A DNA stretch of 64,000 nucleotides from an uncultured Gammaproteobacteria bacterium (GCA_964612105.1 CAZTEU010000001.1:4047-68046), one strand, 5' to 3'; shown: positions 17,970-27,182, counted from the first letter of the stretch. Translations and numbers: made by a program. Notes: generated by a model not told the origin, from the letters alone.

Positions 17970-19139
17970 TTAGTATAGGGCTATCCAGATACCCAGTAAA
18001 ACTGCACCTGCGTGGATAATCCAAAAACGCATAACGGTTTTTTCTTCACTCCATCCACGAAGTTCAAAATGGTGGTGAATTGGAGCCATCTTAAATATTC
18101 TTCTTCCTAACAGATACCTACCAGCAAGTTGTATGATTACAGACAATAGCTCTACGTAGAAAATAAAACCAAGGAGGGGTAATAGTAACATCTTGTTTAT
18201 AACAATTGCATTTATTGCTAAAAGAGCTCCTAAACCAAGAGAACCAACATCTCCCATCTGGAAACGTGCAGGTTTTACATTAAAATATGTGTAAGTAAGC
18301 AACGCACCTGCTGTAGTAGAGTTTAGTACGGCTAGTTCCTGATAACCAAACAACCAACTAAGGAGAGTAAGTGCAGAGAAGGTTGTTATAAGAGCTCCAC
18401 CTGCAAGTCCATCCATACCGTCTGCAACGTTAACAGCATTTGCAGTAAACATAACAAACAGGATAATGAGAGGAATAATCCACCACCCTATATTTACAAA
18501 TCCATCGAAAGGAATATATATCTCACGCCAATGCTCTCCCAGCTTAAAATACACCCACCAAGCTGTAATAGCTCCGGCAACAAACTGCAATAATAGTTTT
18601 TCGTGCACATGTACTCCTTTTCCTGGGTGGGAACCCAACCAAAGAGATGTGCGCTTAAAGACAGACCATGGGAAGGTTATAACAAGCCAAACTCTCTGTT
18701 TCCAGTCCTTATGTACTTTAATTAGTTTAATTACCTGAGATACTTTCCTGTTTCTTCGTCTGTGACCGTAAATATGCAATATATCATCTAATCCTCCCAA
18801 GAGTGATGCTAACAGCATTACCCCGATAGGTACCCATGTAAAACTACGATCCCAATTGAATAGATATGTAATAACTGTCACAGTAACAATAACTAGAAGA
18901 CCTCCCATTATTGGAATTCCATGCTTATGAGAGCGTCCTTTTATAGATAGTGTGGGGTCAAACTCACTTCTACGTGTTATTTTATACCTATATAATATTT
19001 TGATAAGAAGAGGAGCCCACACGAAGGCAACAACACACGAAACAAGACCATATGTAATGGTCGTTAGAAGTGTATCTATTTGTGGGAGGAATTGCTCCAT
19101 AAACAGAGAGAATATAGCAGAAATTGGCGAAAAAAGCAA
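17970..19139 (-). CDS. mraY: Phospho-N-acetylmuramoyl-pentapeptide transferase
   Basis: NAVNVADGMDGLAGG and the MraY-specific PIHHHFE motif. Confidence 0.85.
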   Translation of the reverse strand: MLFSPISAIFSLFMEQFLPQIDTLLTTITYGLVSCVVAFVWAPLLIKILYRYKITRRSEFDPTLSIKGRSHKHGIPIMGGLLVIVTVTVITYLFNWDRSFTWVPIGVMLLASLLGGLDDILHIYGHRRRNRKVSQVIKLIKVHKDWKQRVWLVITFPWSVFKRTSLWLGSHPGKGVHVHEKLLLQFVAGAITAWWVYFKLGEHWREIYIPFDGFVNIGWWIIPLIILFVMFTANAVNVADGMDGLAGGALITTFSALTLLSWLFGYQELAVLNSTTAGALLTYTYFNVKPARFQMGDVGSLGLGALLAINAIVINKMLLLPLLGFIFYVELLSVIIQLAGRYLLGRRIFKMAPIHHHFELRGWSEEKTVMRFWIIHAGAVLLGIWIALY

Positions 19140-19165
19140 GAAATGTGGAAATATTTGTTACTTAC

Positions 19166-19194
19166 AGAAAATCGCTTGACTTTTGTATTTTAAT
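19166..19194 (+). promoter_or_regulatory. Sigma70-like promoter upstream of the GC-rich orphan gene
   Basis: TTGACT, a 17-nt spacer, TATAAT, all in AT-rich sequence. Confidence 0.45.
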
Positions 19195-19326
19195 AGTATA
19201 TAATCCCGCTCGTTCAAATAGGGGGGTGAACACTCGCCCTTTTCATATGCCTTAGTCCTGTAGAAGACAGGGCAAAGGCTTCACCCAGCACTCCACAAAG
19301 TGCTTTGACTAGAGGAAAAATACAGG

Positions 19327-20283
19327 ATGACTACCACCCAGCAAAGGTTTGAGTTCGGAAATGGAATTCAAGCAGACGTGCTCGCAAACGCACTCAGAGG
19401 CTCATCAGCGATGCTACTCGCAAGAAGCGGGGACACTATCGGAGCGCATGCAATCCATCGTCCAGACGGAGCAGGTCTGCAAGACCCGCCGTCGGACATC
19501 GAAGACTCCGTGCTCTTCTCCACCGGCCTGAGGTTCGTCCCGGGAGGAATCTCCCTCATCGGCTTCACGCCAACTGGCACAAACGGATTCGAAGCATGTC
19601 TCGACGCATTCGACGGCGAGCTCATCCGTCAGTTCGGGGACACGGAGGACACCATCCTCCAGCACTTCTTCACGGCGCCCACAAGGCTGATCACACGACG
19701 ACAGATTCGCGCCTATGCCACGGTTGATGGTAGCCGGAAGCAGATCTTCAAGAACGAGCGCATCACCTGTGGTGATATCGAGCAACAAGATGATGATCTG
19801 AATGCCGCATGCATCGCAATCAGCGACGGACGCAGTCGTCACCGCCTCCTGAAGGTCAATCCCATTACGGGACGAACCATCGAGGCTGCCGGCTTCGCCA
19901 GTGCGATCAAGCACGTCAAGATCAGCCCGAACGGGTTCGTCTACGTGACGCTCACAGACGGAACACTGCGAATCTGCGGTTTCTACCGCAATCGCGTTGA
20001 TTTCAACCGAGTCGGCTCGATTCACCACGTGCGCAAGGTCGTGTTGCTCAAGGGACAGCAACTCGCCATTCTGGGCTCTGGTCGCCATCTCCTCCGAATC
20101 CTGAGCTACGGCTCTCACATCAAGAGGATCTCACTCGAAATCCCGGGATGCATGTCTGAGGAAAACACTGTGGCTCTCGGCTTCAGCGGATGTCATCCGG
20201 TCATCGTCGATCGGTCCACCGGTGTGACAGCGTTCCTCCCGCCGATCTCGGACATCGTTCCTCTCAACTGTCATTCGAACTGA
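19327..20283 (+). CDS. Orphan 318-aa protein encoded in a GC-rich (about 57%) island; no recognisable domain
   Basis: A long ORF whose composition contrasts sharply with the flanks. The antisense ORF 19414..20118 is a GC artefact. No signal peptide. Confidence 0.5.
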   Translation: MTTTQQRFEFGNGIQADVLANALRGSSAMLLARSGDTIGAHAIHRPDGAGLQDPPSDIEDSVLFSTGLRFVPGGISLIGFTPTGTNGFEACLDAFDGELIRQFGDTEDTILQHFFTAPTRLITRRQIRAYATVDGSRKQIFKNERITCGDIEQQDDDLNAACIAISDGRSRHRLLKVNPITGRTIEAAGFASAIKHVKISPNGFVYVTLTDGTLRICGFYRNRVDFNRVGSIHHVRKVVLLKGQQLAILGSGRHLLRILSYGSHIKRISLEIPGCMSEENTVALGFSGCHPVIVDRSTGVTAFLPPISDIVPLNCHSN

Positions 20284-20501
20284 CCCTCGCTGGGTGGCCT
20301 GGCACCCCCGTCCTCGGTTTTGTGGCCTTGGATGGGGGTGCTGGGCGTATCTCTTAAACATACCAATATCCGATTTTATCGGATGAGGTTGTCTAGTGAT
20401 ACACCGGCTGTACCAAAGTACAGCCAGAATTCTGGATATATAACTATGTTGTATAACCAGAATTACCCTGTACATACAGTGTACAGGGTAATTATAACCA
20501 C

Positions 20502-20530
20502 TTGACAATTTGCTCCTTTATGATTATAAT
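20502..20530 (+). promoter_or_regulatory. Consensus sigma70 promoter for rpmG
   Basis: TTGACA, a 17-nt spacer, TATAAT. Confidence 0.55.
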
Positions 20531-20580
20531 GATGGAGCTTTTGAAATGAATATACTATGTCACAAGACAACATGATAAAA

Positions 20581-20712
20581 ATGGAGTGTAAGGATTGTAA
20601 ACGTACAAATTATTTTTCCAGAAAAAATAAGAAGGTGATTAAGGATCGCCTAGAACTTAAAAAGTTCTGTAAGTTCTGCAAAAAACATTCACTCCACAAA
20701 GAAACAAAGTAA
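20581..20712 (+). CDS. rpmG: 50S ribosomal protein L33 (43 aa, below the ORF-track cutoff)
   Basis: [43 protein letters not shown], a zinc-ribbon L33. Confidence 0.85.
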   Translation: MECKDCKRTNYFSRKNKKVIKDRLELKKFCKFCKKHSLHKETK

Positions 20713-20736
20713 TCCCGTAAGCGGGATTTCTTTGTT
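20711..20736 (+). terminator. Intrinsic terminator after rpmG
   Basis: ATCCCGtaagCGGGAT then a T-tract. Confidence 0.5.
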
Positions 20737-20777
20737 AGCTTGATTGTATGGTATTTTGTGTGTAAAATAGTTTACAT

Positions 20778-20848
20778 GGGCGCGTCGTATAGTGGTAGTA
20801 CATGGGTCTCCAAAACCTATAGCGGGAGTTCGATTCTCTCCGCGCCTG
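20778..20848 (+). tRNA. tRNA-Trp (anticodon CCA)
   Basis: Cloverleaf with acceptor GGGCGCG/CGCGCCT, anticodon loop CTCCAAA, and T-loop GGGAGTTCGATTCTCTC. Confidence 0.85.
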
Positions 20849-20887
20849 CATAAAACCCAACATTAGTTGTGGTTTTTTGTAAACTAG

Positions 20888-21550
20888 CTACCACTCAATA
20901 GGTGCCTGTAGGGTAGAAATTAAATAGTCATTGGTTTTACTAAAATGCTTACATCCAAAGAATCCACGGTGTGCAGACAGGGGAGAGGGGTGTGGTGCTT
21001 CTAAGATGTAGTGTTTAATTCGGTCAATAATCTGACCTTTTTTTTGTGCATAAGAACCCCACAGCAAGAATACAACATTCTCTTTCTCGTCAGATATTTT
21101 CTTAATTACAGCATCTGTAAACTCTTCCCAACCTTTTCCTTGGTGAGAACCTGCACGGTGTGCTTGTACAGTTAATGTTGCATTAAGTAATAACACCCCT
21201 TGTTTAGTCCAACGATTTAGATTACCACTTGCAGGAGTCTCAATTCCTAAATCTTCCCCAATTTCTTTATACATGTTTCTAAGAGATGGTGGAATTTGTA
21301 CGTTTTCGTTTACAGAAAAGCATAGACCGTGTGCTTGTCCTGTTCCATGGTATGGGTCCTGCCCAAGTATTACCACTCTCACGTTATCAAAAGGGCATGC
21401 GTTAAAAGCATGAAATATCTGTTTTGGGGGTGGGTATACGGTTGTTCTTATGTACTCTCCTTTTACATAGGAACTCAAATCTTTGAAATATTGCTTTTCG
21501 AACTCATCATTTAACCTGCCTTTCCAAGATTCATGGATGTTTACACTCAT
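20888..21550 (-). CDS. ung: Uracil-DNA glycosylase (family 1)
   Basis: GQDPYHGTGQAHGLCFSV and HPSPLS motifs. Confidence 0.9.
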   Translation of the reverse strand: MSVNIHESWKGRLNDEFEKQYFKDLSSYVKGEYIRTTVYPPPKQIFHAFNACPFDNVRVVILGQDPYHGTGQAHGLCFSVNENVQIPPSLRNMYKEIGEDLGIETPASGNLNRWTKQGVLLLNATLTVQAHRAGSHQGKGWEEFTDAVIKKISDEKENVVFLLWGSYAQKKGQIIDRIKHYILEAPHPSPLSAHRGFFGCKHFSKTNDYLISTLQAPIEW

Positions 21551-21737
21551 ATTATTTGCATTATAGCAGGGATTTTACTCCGTGCAAGTACTAAAATGCA
21601 AAAAAGTAAACGATTTGTTTACTTTTATGTGTTTTTTGATGAGTCTATTAGACTGATTTTTGTTCCTAATACAAAATAATTGTGTATCTGCGCACAAGCC
21701 ATGTTGGTTTGTGACGACAGGTCGCCCCAAGGAGGGG

Positions 21738-22292
21738 ATGATGTTTGGGAAAAAAGTGTTTGTTCTGATGGTCGCATCTGCGCTGTTCGTTGGCTGTATG
21801 GCCGAGACCGAGGAAGATCTTCCTACCACGAAGCAGATTCAGGGCTCTGTCGCATACCAAGGTGTCGCGGTGGCAGGAGCTGAGGTGGTCGCGACAACCG
21901 GAGATGAGCCGGATTCGCCAAGCTTCGCAAGTGCATCGGATGATCTGGGCCACTTCTCGCTGGAGATGCCGAAAGATCTTCCGATCTGCAAAGTGCAGGC
22001 CGCTGTCGAACTCGATGGCAAGTTGCTTATTGGTGAAGCTCTGGATCCTGGCGAGTTGGACCCAATCGAGCTGAGGGAATTCACTGAGGAAGAGGCACAA
22101 GAAGCCCAGAAATCCTTCGATCTGGAGGTGGAAGGAGTCAGTACCTTTGTTGGGTACAAAGGGTGGGGTTGTGCGTGTCACAAGCAAGGCAAGTACTTCG
22201 GGAAGCTCTGCTGTGGCTACTACGAACTGAAAAAGCCTCAGAACGCAACCTTCTGCTCCATCCCACTACCGTTTGTCTGCTACTGGAAGTAG
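21738..22292 (+). CDS. GC-rich island lipoprotein with a Cys-rich C-terminus
   Basis: AAGGAGG SD, then MMFGKKVFVLMVASALFVGC (a lipobox). The C-terminal GWGCACHKQGKYFGKLCCGYYELKKPQNATFCSIPLPFVCYWK carries 8 Cys. I take the start at 21738, not the ORF-track 21660. Confidence 0.5.
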   Translation: MMFGKKVFVLMVASALFVGCMAETEEDLPTTKQIQGSVAYQGVAVAGAEVVATTGDEPDSPSFASASDDLGHFSLEMPKDLPICKVQAAVELDGKLLIGEALDPGELDPIELREFTEEEAQEAQKSFDLEVEGVSTFVGYKGWGCACHKQGKYFGKLCCGYYELKKPQNATFCSIPLPFVCYWK

Positions 22293-22309
22293 CATTCCAC
22301 TCTTTGATA

Positions 22310-22347
22310 GGGAGGGGTAGTAAAAACTACCCCTCCTTTCTTCTTTT
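22310..22347 (+). terminator. Intrinsic terminator after the lipoprotein gene
   Basis: GGGAGGGGTAGtaaaaaCTACCCCTCC then TTTCTTCTTTT. Confidence 0.6.
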
Positions 22348-22349
22348 AC

Positions 22350-22500
22350 TAACATAGCAAGCGCAGACCTACGTCGGATGAACCTATGTCTACAAAGGGA
22401 TACCTGTTCGGTAAGAGAACACAACGACCTCAAGGGAGTCGGTCCGCTTTCGAGCGGATTGACTCCTGGTCGTCGATTCACACACTACACGTGTGTTTTT
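22350..22500 (+). ncRNA. Candidate small structured RNA (GC-rich, nested stems, UUCG tetraloop, own terminator)
   Basis: CGACC..GGGAGTC[TCCGCTttcgAGCGGA]GACTCC.GGTCG nested helices. Ends with a CACACactacacGTGTG hairpin and T7. Confidence 0.3.
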
Positions 22501-22514
22501 TTATTAAGTAGTTT

Positions 22515-23906
22515 TTGATTTCATGGTATAATAATGCTATGACAAAACAAAAAACAAAAAAGCTTCCCAAAAAAGCCTATGTTCTTACGGTAGACATGGG
22601 TTATGGTCACCAACGTGCTGTACACCCATTAAAAGATATCGCTACAAATCCTGTGGGTTGGAAAGGTAATCCTATAATCTCGGCAAATAATTATCCGGGA
22701 ATTCCAAAGAGCGATCGTAAGAAATGGGAGGGAAGCAGAAAACTTTATGAAACAATTTCTAGAATGAAACACACTCCAATCATTGGTAATTGGATTTTTG
22801 GTGCGATGGACCATTTTCAGAAAATACAACCGTTTTACCCAAAGAGAGATTTATCAAAGCCAATAATGCAGGTAAAACAAATCTATAAAATGATTAGAAA
22901 GGGTTGGGGAAAAGCCCTTATAGATGAGCTTAATAAAAAACCTCTTCCACTTGTCACATCTTTTTTTGCAACAGCCTTTTTTGCAGAGGAGCATGGATAT
23001 AAGGGAGAAATATATTGTTTGTGCACTGACACGGATATTTCACGTGCTTGGGTTGCACTCAATCCTAAAAAAAGTAGAATAAAATATTTTGCACCAAACA
23101 AAAGAGTAAAAGAGCGTCTTGGTTTGTATGGAGTAAAAACAAGTAATATATATATAACTGGTTTTCCTCTACCAAAAGAAAATATTGGAGGAAGAAATCT
23201 GGAAATATTAAAGAGTTCTATTGGTTGTAGGATTAGCAATCTAGATCCAAATAATAGGTATCAGAGGAAATACGAAAAAACACTTAATCAATTTCTTGGG
23301 GCCCGTTATTGCAATATGCATGCAGACCATAAATTAACCATTACCTTTGCTGTTGGTGGTGCTGGAGCACAAAGAGAAATTGGAGCAGAGATTTTAGAAA
23401 GTTTGCATGATTATATAGACAAGGGAGAAGTTAACCTAAATCTTGTTGCTGGATCTCGTGCAGACGTGTACGAGTATTACTACAATGTTGTAAAAGATCT
23501 GCATTTAGAAAAAAAGCATGGGGGTAGTGTTAAAATAGTTTACAACGAGGATAAGTTAAAATATTTTGATGAGTTTAATGAGATTTTACTCACAACAGAT
23601 GTGCTTTGGACTAAACCAAGTGAACTGTCATTCTACTCTGGGCTTGGTATTCCTATTATTATGGCGCCAACAATTGGATCGCAAGAGGTGTTTAATCGTA
23701 CGTGGTTACATTCGATTGGTTCTGGTATGGAACAGGAAGATCCACGACACTGCAATGAATGGCTCTTCGATTGGTTGGAGTCTGGGTGGTTAGCGCAGGC
23801 AGCGATGGAAGGCTTCTTGGATGCGCCTAGAATGGGGGCATACCACATAGAGGACATTGTATTAAAAGGAAAAAAGAGTGAGATAGAAGATATGCATCTA
23901 ATGTAA
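22515..23906 (+). CDS. GT-B glycosyltransferase, MGDG-synthase/UgtP-like (GT28-like)
   Basis: The N-terminal VLTVDMGYGHQRA resembles the G.GH..A motif of MGDG synthase/UgtP. Length 463 aa. Confidence 0.45.
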   Translation: MISWYNNAMTKQKTKKLPKKAYVLTVDMGYGHQRAVHPLKDIATNPVGWKGNPIISANNYPGIPKSDRKKWEGSRKLYETISRMKHTPIIGNWIFGAMDHFQKIQPFYPKRDLSKPIMQVKQIYKMIRKGWGKALIDELNKKPLPLVTSFFATAFFAEEHGYKGEIYCLCTDTDISRAWVALNPKKSRIKYFAPNKRVKERLGLYGVKTSNIYITGFPLPKENIGGRNLEILKSSIGCRISNLDPNNRYQRKYEKTLNQFLGARYCNMHADHKLTITFAVGGAGAQREIGAEILESLHDYIDKGEVNLNLVAGSRADVYEYYYNVVKDLHLEKKHGGSVKIVYNEDKLKYFDEFNEILLTTDVLWTKPSELSFYSGLGIPIIMAPTIGSQEVFNRTWLHSIGSGMEQEDPRHCNEWLFDWLESGWLAQAAMEGFLDAPRMGAYHIEDIVLKGKKSEIEDMHLM

Positions 23907-23907
23907 T

Positions 23908-24816
23908 ATGTTTTGGTTTTTTATAGCAATTATAGGGTATACAGCGCAATCGCTTGTTTTTGTTTTAGACAAAATAATATTATCTAAATCTCTTGGTAAG
24001 CCGGTTGTTTATACTTTTTATTCAACTATATATTTCTTTGGAGCACTTTTAGCATTTCCGTTTGGAGTGGAATTGTTAAATAGTGGTTTTGATTGGTTTA
24101 TGGCACTTGTTTCTGGTCTGAGTTTTGGTCTAGCGCTTTGGACAATGTTTGTTGCAGTAAAGAAAGGGGAGGCAAGCCACATAAACCCATTTATTGGAGC
24201 TGTAATAACAATTGCGACCTATGGTATGTCTACCTTGTTCCTGTCTGAGAACTTGTCATCTGTACAAATTGCAGGCATGAGTATTCTGGTTTTCGCTTCG
24301 CTTCTTCTTTCTTTTGAAAAAAGTAAAAAATATTCTGGAGTCCACATTGGATTTTTGTGGGCAGTAATTTCTGGACTGTTTTTTGCACTTTCACATGTAA
24401 GTGCAAAGTATATTTATGATATATATCCATTTTTGACAGGGTTTGTATGGACACGTGCAACCACAGGGCTTTTGGGATTGTTTGTACTATTTTTTCCTTC
24501 TGTGCGTAAAGCACTTAGTCCAAAAAAGAAAAAAAGTAAGACTTTTGCAAAACGTCACAAACTAGGAATTATTGTTGTGGATAAGTTGCTTGCACTTGTG
24601 GCAATAGTTGCAATACAGTATGCGATTGCAATTGGAAGTGTGACCCTGGTAAATGCAATGAGTGGTCTGCAGTTTGCACTCATGTTTATTATTGTTTACT
24701 TGTCTACTCGTTTCGTGCCAAAAGTATTTAAAGAATATTTCACAAAGAAAGAACTAGCTGTGCAAACAATAGCTGTTATTCTTGTTGTGTTAGGTAGTGC
24801 TCTATTTGTATTATGA
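23908..24816 (+). CDS. DMT/EamA-like polytopic membrane protein (about 10 TM)
   Basis: Hydropathy. Overlaps neighbouring genes in an operon. Confidence 0.45.
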   Translation: MFWFFIAIIGYTAQSLVFVLDKIILSKSLGKPVVYTFYSTIYFFGALLAFPFGVELLNSGFDWFMALVSGLSFGLALWTMFVAVKKGEASHINPFIGAVITIATYGMSTLFLSENLSSVQIAGMSILVFASLLLSFEKSKKYSGVHIGFLWAVISGLFFALSHVSAKYIYDIYPFLTGFVWTRATTGLLGLFVLFFPSVRKALSPKKKKSKTFAKRHKLGIIVVDKLLALVAIVAIQYAIAIGSVTLVNAMSGLQFALMFIIVYLSTRFVPKVFKEYFTKKELAVQTIAVILVVLGSALFVL

Positions 24817-25805
24817 ATGTAATTTTTAAAATATTGTTGATTGTGGTTGGGGTTGTACTGTTTTTGTATATTATTTTTATATTGTTTAGTTTTAAAAAAT
24901 TTCCTGTTGAGTATGGTATTAGCTTTAATCAAAATCATGCATCTTCTCTTGGTCTAGACTGGAGAGAAACATATGATGCAATGTTGGGAGATCTAAAACC
25001 TAAACACGTTCGTATTGCAGCAATGTGGAGTGAGGTTGAAAAAACAAAATATGAATATAATTTTGATGATGTAGATTGGATGATTGGGAGGGCACACGAC
25101 GAGGGTGTAAAAGTTATACTAGTTGTTGGTCAGAAAGCACCACGGTGGCCAGAGTGTCATGTTCCTGACTGGATAGGGGAGTACACATCTAGTGGGGCAG
25201 CTGCTCATTTACGTGAGTATGTTAGAAGAACAGTTGAACGTTATAAGGATCATCCTGCTCTGGATATGTGGCAGATTGAGAACGAACCTTTTATAAGATT
25301 CACTTTTGGAGAATGTGCTGGTTATAAGAAAGATTTAATTTATGATGAGATAGGTATTGTACGTGATTTAGATCCAGATAGAAAAATTATCATTACAGAT
25401 AGTGGTGAGCTCAGTACATGGTGGAAATCTACACGCACAGGTGATATTTTTGGAACAACACTTTACAGAGTTGTACGGACTCCAAATGGACACATTTTTA
25501 CTTACGACTGGTTACCAGCTGGATTTTATAGATTGAAATCAAGAGCACTTGGAAGAAGTTATGATGAGTTTTTTGTTTCTGAGCTTCAAGCTGAGCCTTG
25601 GTTTAGTGACGCTAGTGCTCAAAATACCCCGATTGAGGAGCAGGAAAATACTATGAATCCAAAAAGGCTACAAAAGCACTTAGATGTTGCTTCAAAAGTT
25701 GGAGCTTCGCGGGTATATTTGTGGGGAGTAGAGTGGTGGTATTGGATGAAAAAAACTCAGAATAATTCTGAGTACTGGGATCTAATTAAAAATAGTATAA
25801 ATTAA
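24813..25805 (+). CDS. Membrane-anchored glycoside hydrolase, clan GH-A (GH5-like)
   Basis: N-terminal TM helix. WQIENEP acid/base Glu motif. Confidence 0.5.
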   Translation: MNVIFKILLIVVGVVLFLYIIFILFSFKKFPVEYGISFNQNHASSLGLDWRETYDAMLGDLKPKHVRIAAMWSEVEKTKYEYNFDDVDWMIGRAHDEGVKVILVVGQKAPRWPECHVPDWIGEYTSSGAAAHLREYVRRTVERYKDHPALDMWQIENEPFIRFTFGECAGYKKDLIYDEIGIVRDLDPDRKIIITDSGELSTWWKSTRTGDIFGTTLYRVVRTPNGHIFTYDWLPAGFYRLKSRALGRSYDEFFVSELQAEPWFSDASAQNTPIEEQENTMNPKRLQKHLDVASKVGASRVYLWGVEWWYWMKKTQNNSEYWDLIKNSIN

Positions 25806-25825
25806 AAAAAGTGCCGAGGCACTTG

Positions 25826-25899
25826 TGCACGCCAAGGGATTCGAACCCCTGACCCCCTCGGTGTAAACGAGGTGCTCTAACCAACTGAGCTAGGCGTGC
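25826..25899 (-). tRNA. tRNA-Val (anticodon TAC)
   Basis: Minus-strand read GCACGCCTAGCTCAGTTGGTTAGAGCACCTCGTTTACACCGAGGGGGTCAGGGGTTCGAATCCCTTGGCGTGCA. Perfect 7-bp acceptor stem. Confidence 0.85.
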
Positions 25900-25940
25900 A
25901 TGCGGAAAAGTATATCTAAAAACCAAAAATTTGTCAACAT

Positions 25941-27134
25941 ATGTTTGGATACAAATATAAGAGAGAAAAATACAACCCACAACTTGTAAAACATCATGGG
26001 ATTTTTCGTAGACAACTGTCTCTGTGGGAGGGAATGTCCTTAATACTAAGTGGTACCATTGGAGCAGGAATGTTAGCTATCCCATATGCTGTAGCTCAGG
26101 TAGGAATTGGGATAGGTTTAACTTATCTACTAGTAATAGGTCTTCTGATGATAGGACTCAATCTTATGATTGGAGAAGTGTCAGTAAGGACAAAAGCTCG
26201 GTTCCAAATCCCAGGTCTTGCAAGGAAATATCTTGGAAAGACAATGGGCAAATTCATGACACTCATCATTTTCTTCATGGTTTTTGGTGTGCAGGTTGTT
26301 TATATAATTGGAGTTGGAGAATCATTGGATGCGCTGGTTGGTGGTGGTGCGTTTAAGTGGGGAATAATATTCTTCCTGTTTGCAATGATTCCAATATATA
26401 TAGGATTACGTACCATAAAAATAGTGGAATTATTATTGATGGTATTAATACTTATTATAATTACATTTATTGCGGGATCAGCCATTCCAGAAATACATTT
26501 TGACTATTTTAAGCATGTTAGTTTTGCATCACTACTGTTGCCGTATGGTGTTATTTTGTTTGGTTATCATGGGGTCTCAGCTGTACCGGAAGCACATAGT
26601 TTACTGGTAAAAAAACCTGTTGTGTTTAAGAAAGCAATAATATACTCCGGATTGATTACGATGGTTATATACATGTTATTTTCTATTGTGGCTGTTGGTG
26701 TGATGGGAACTAGCACATCAGAAATTGCAACTATTGGTTTGGGGGAGAGGTTGGGTCCTCATATAATGTGGCTTGGAAACCTTTTTGCTTTACTTGCTAT
26801 GGGCACTAGCTTTTTAATGAACGGAGTTGCTGCACGAGACTCTTTCGTGTGGGATTATAAGGTGAATAAGTGGATTGCAAGTACAATAATAGGTATTGTT
26901 CCACTTACTCTATTTGTGTTTGGTCTAAGACAGTTTATAGAAGTACTAGATATAGTTGGAGGAGTTTTTGTTAGTACAGAAATGCTCTTATTGATAGTTA
27001 TTTATTGGAGAGCAAAACAAATTGGGGATTTGGATGTTGGAAAATACAAATTACACCATGTTGTTTTGTTAGCAGGTGTTCTTGTGGTAGCATTAACCAT
27101 TGGAGCTATATACAGTGTGATAAATATCTTCTAA
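25941..27134 (+). CDS. Amino acid permease (APC-superfamily transporter, about 11 TM)
   Basis: Polytopic hydropathy typical of the AAAP/APC fold. Confidence 0.6.
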   Translation: MFGYKYKREKYNPQLVKHHGIFRRQLSLWEGMSLILSGTIGAGMLAIPYAVAQVGIGIGLTYLLVIGLLMIGLNLMIGEVSVRTKARFQIPGLARKYLGKTMGKFMTLIIFFMVFGVQVVYIIGVGESLDALVGGGAFKWGIIFFLFAMIPIYIGLRTIKIVELLLMVLILIIITFIAGSAIPEIHFDYFKHVSFASLLLPYGVILFGYHGVSAVPEAHSLLVKKPVVFKKAIIYSGLITMVIYMLFSIVAVGVMGTSTSEIATIGLGERLGPHIMWLGNLFALLAMGTSFLMNGVAARDSFVWDYKVNKWIASTIIGIVPLTLFVFGLRQFIEVLDIVGGVFVSTEMLLLIVIYWRAKQIGDLDVGKYKLHHVVLLAGVLVVALTIGAIYSVINIF

Positions 27135-27136
27135 GG

Positions 27137-27165
27137 TTGACAAAAACCACTATTTGTTCTACAAT
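27137..27165 (+). promoter_or_regulatory. Sigma70-like promoter for metK
   Basis: TTGACA, a 17-nt spacer, TACAAT. Confidence 0.5.
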
Positions 27166-27182
27166 CAGTACAAATTAATTAA

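Noticed and set aside
19414-20118. 234-aa minus-strand ORF and several shorter ORFs overlapping the GC-rich gene 19327..20283
   Set aside because: High-GC DNA has few stop codons in any frame. The plus-strand ORF is longer and has a promoter and a start with SD.
21660-21737. ORF-track start of the island-B protein at 21660 (MFLIQNNCVSAHK...)
   Set aside because: A strong SD (AAGGAGG) sits just before the ATG at 21738, which yields a clean lipoprotein signal peptide. The upstream extension lies in the AT-rich, hairpin-containing intergenic region.
25786-25980. 64-aa minus-strand ORF
   Set aside because: It runs through the tRNA-Val gene (25826..25899) and its flanks.
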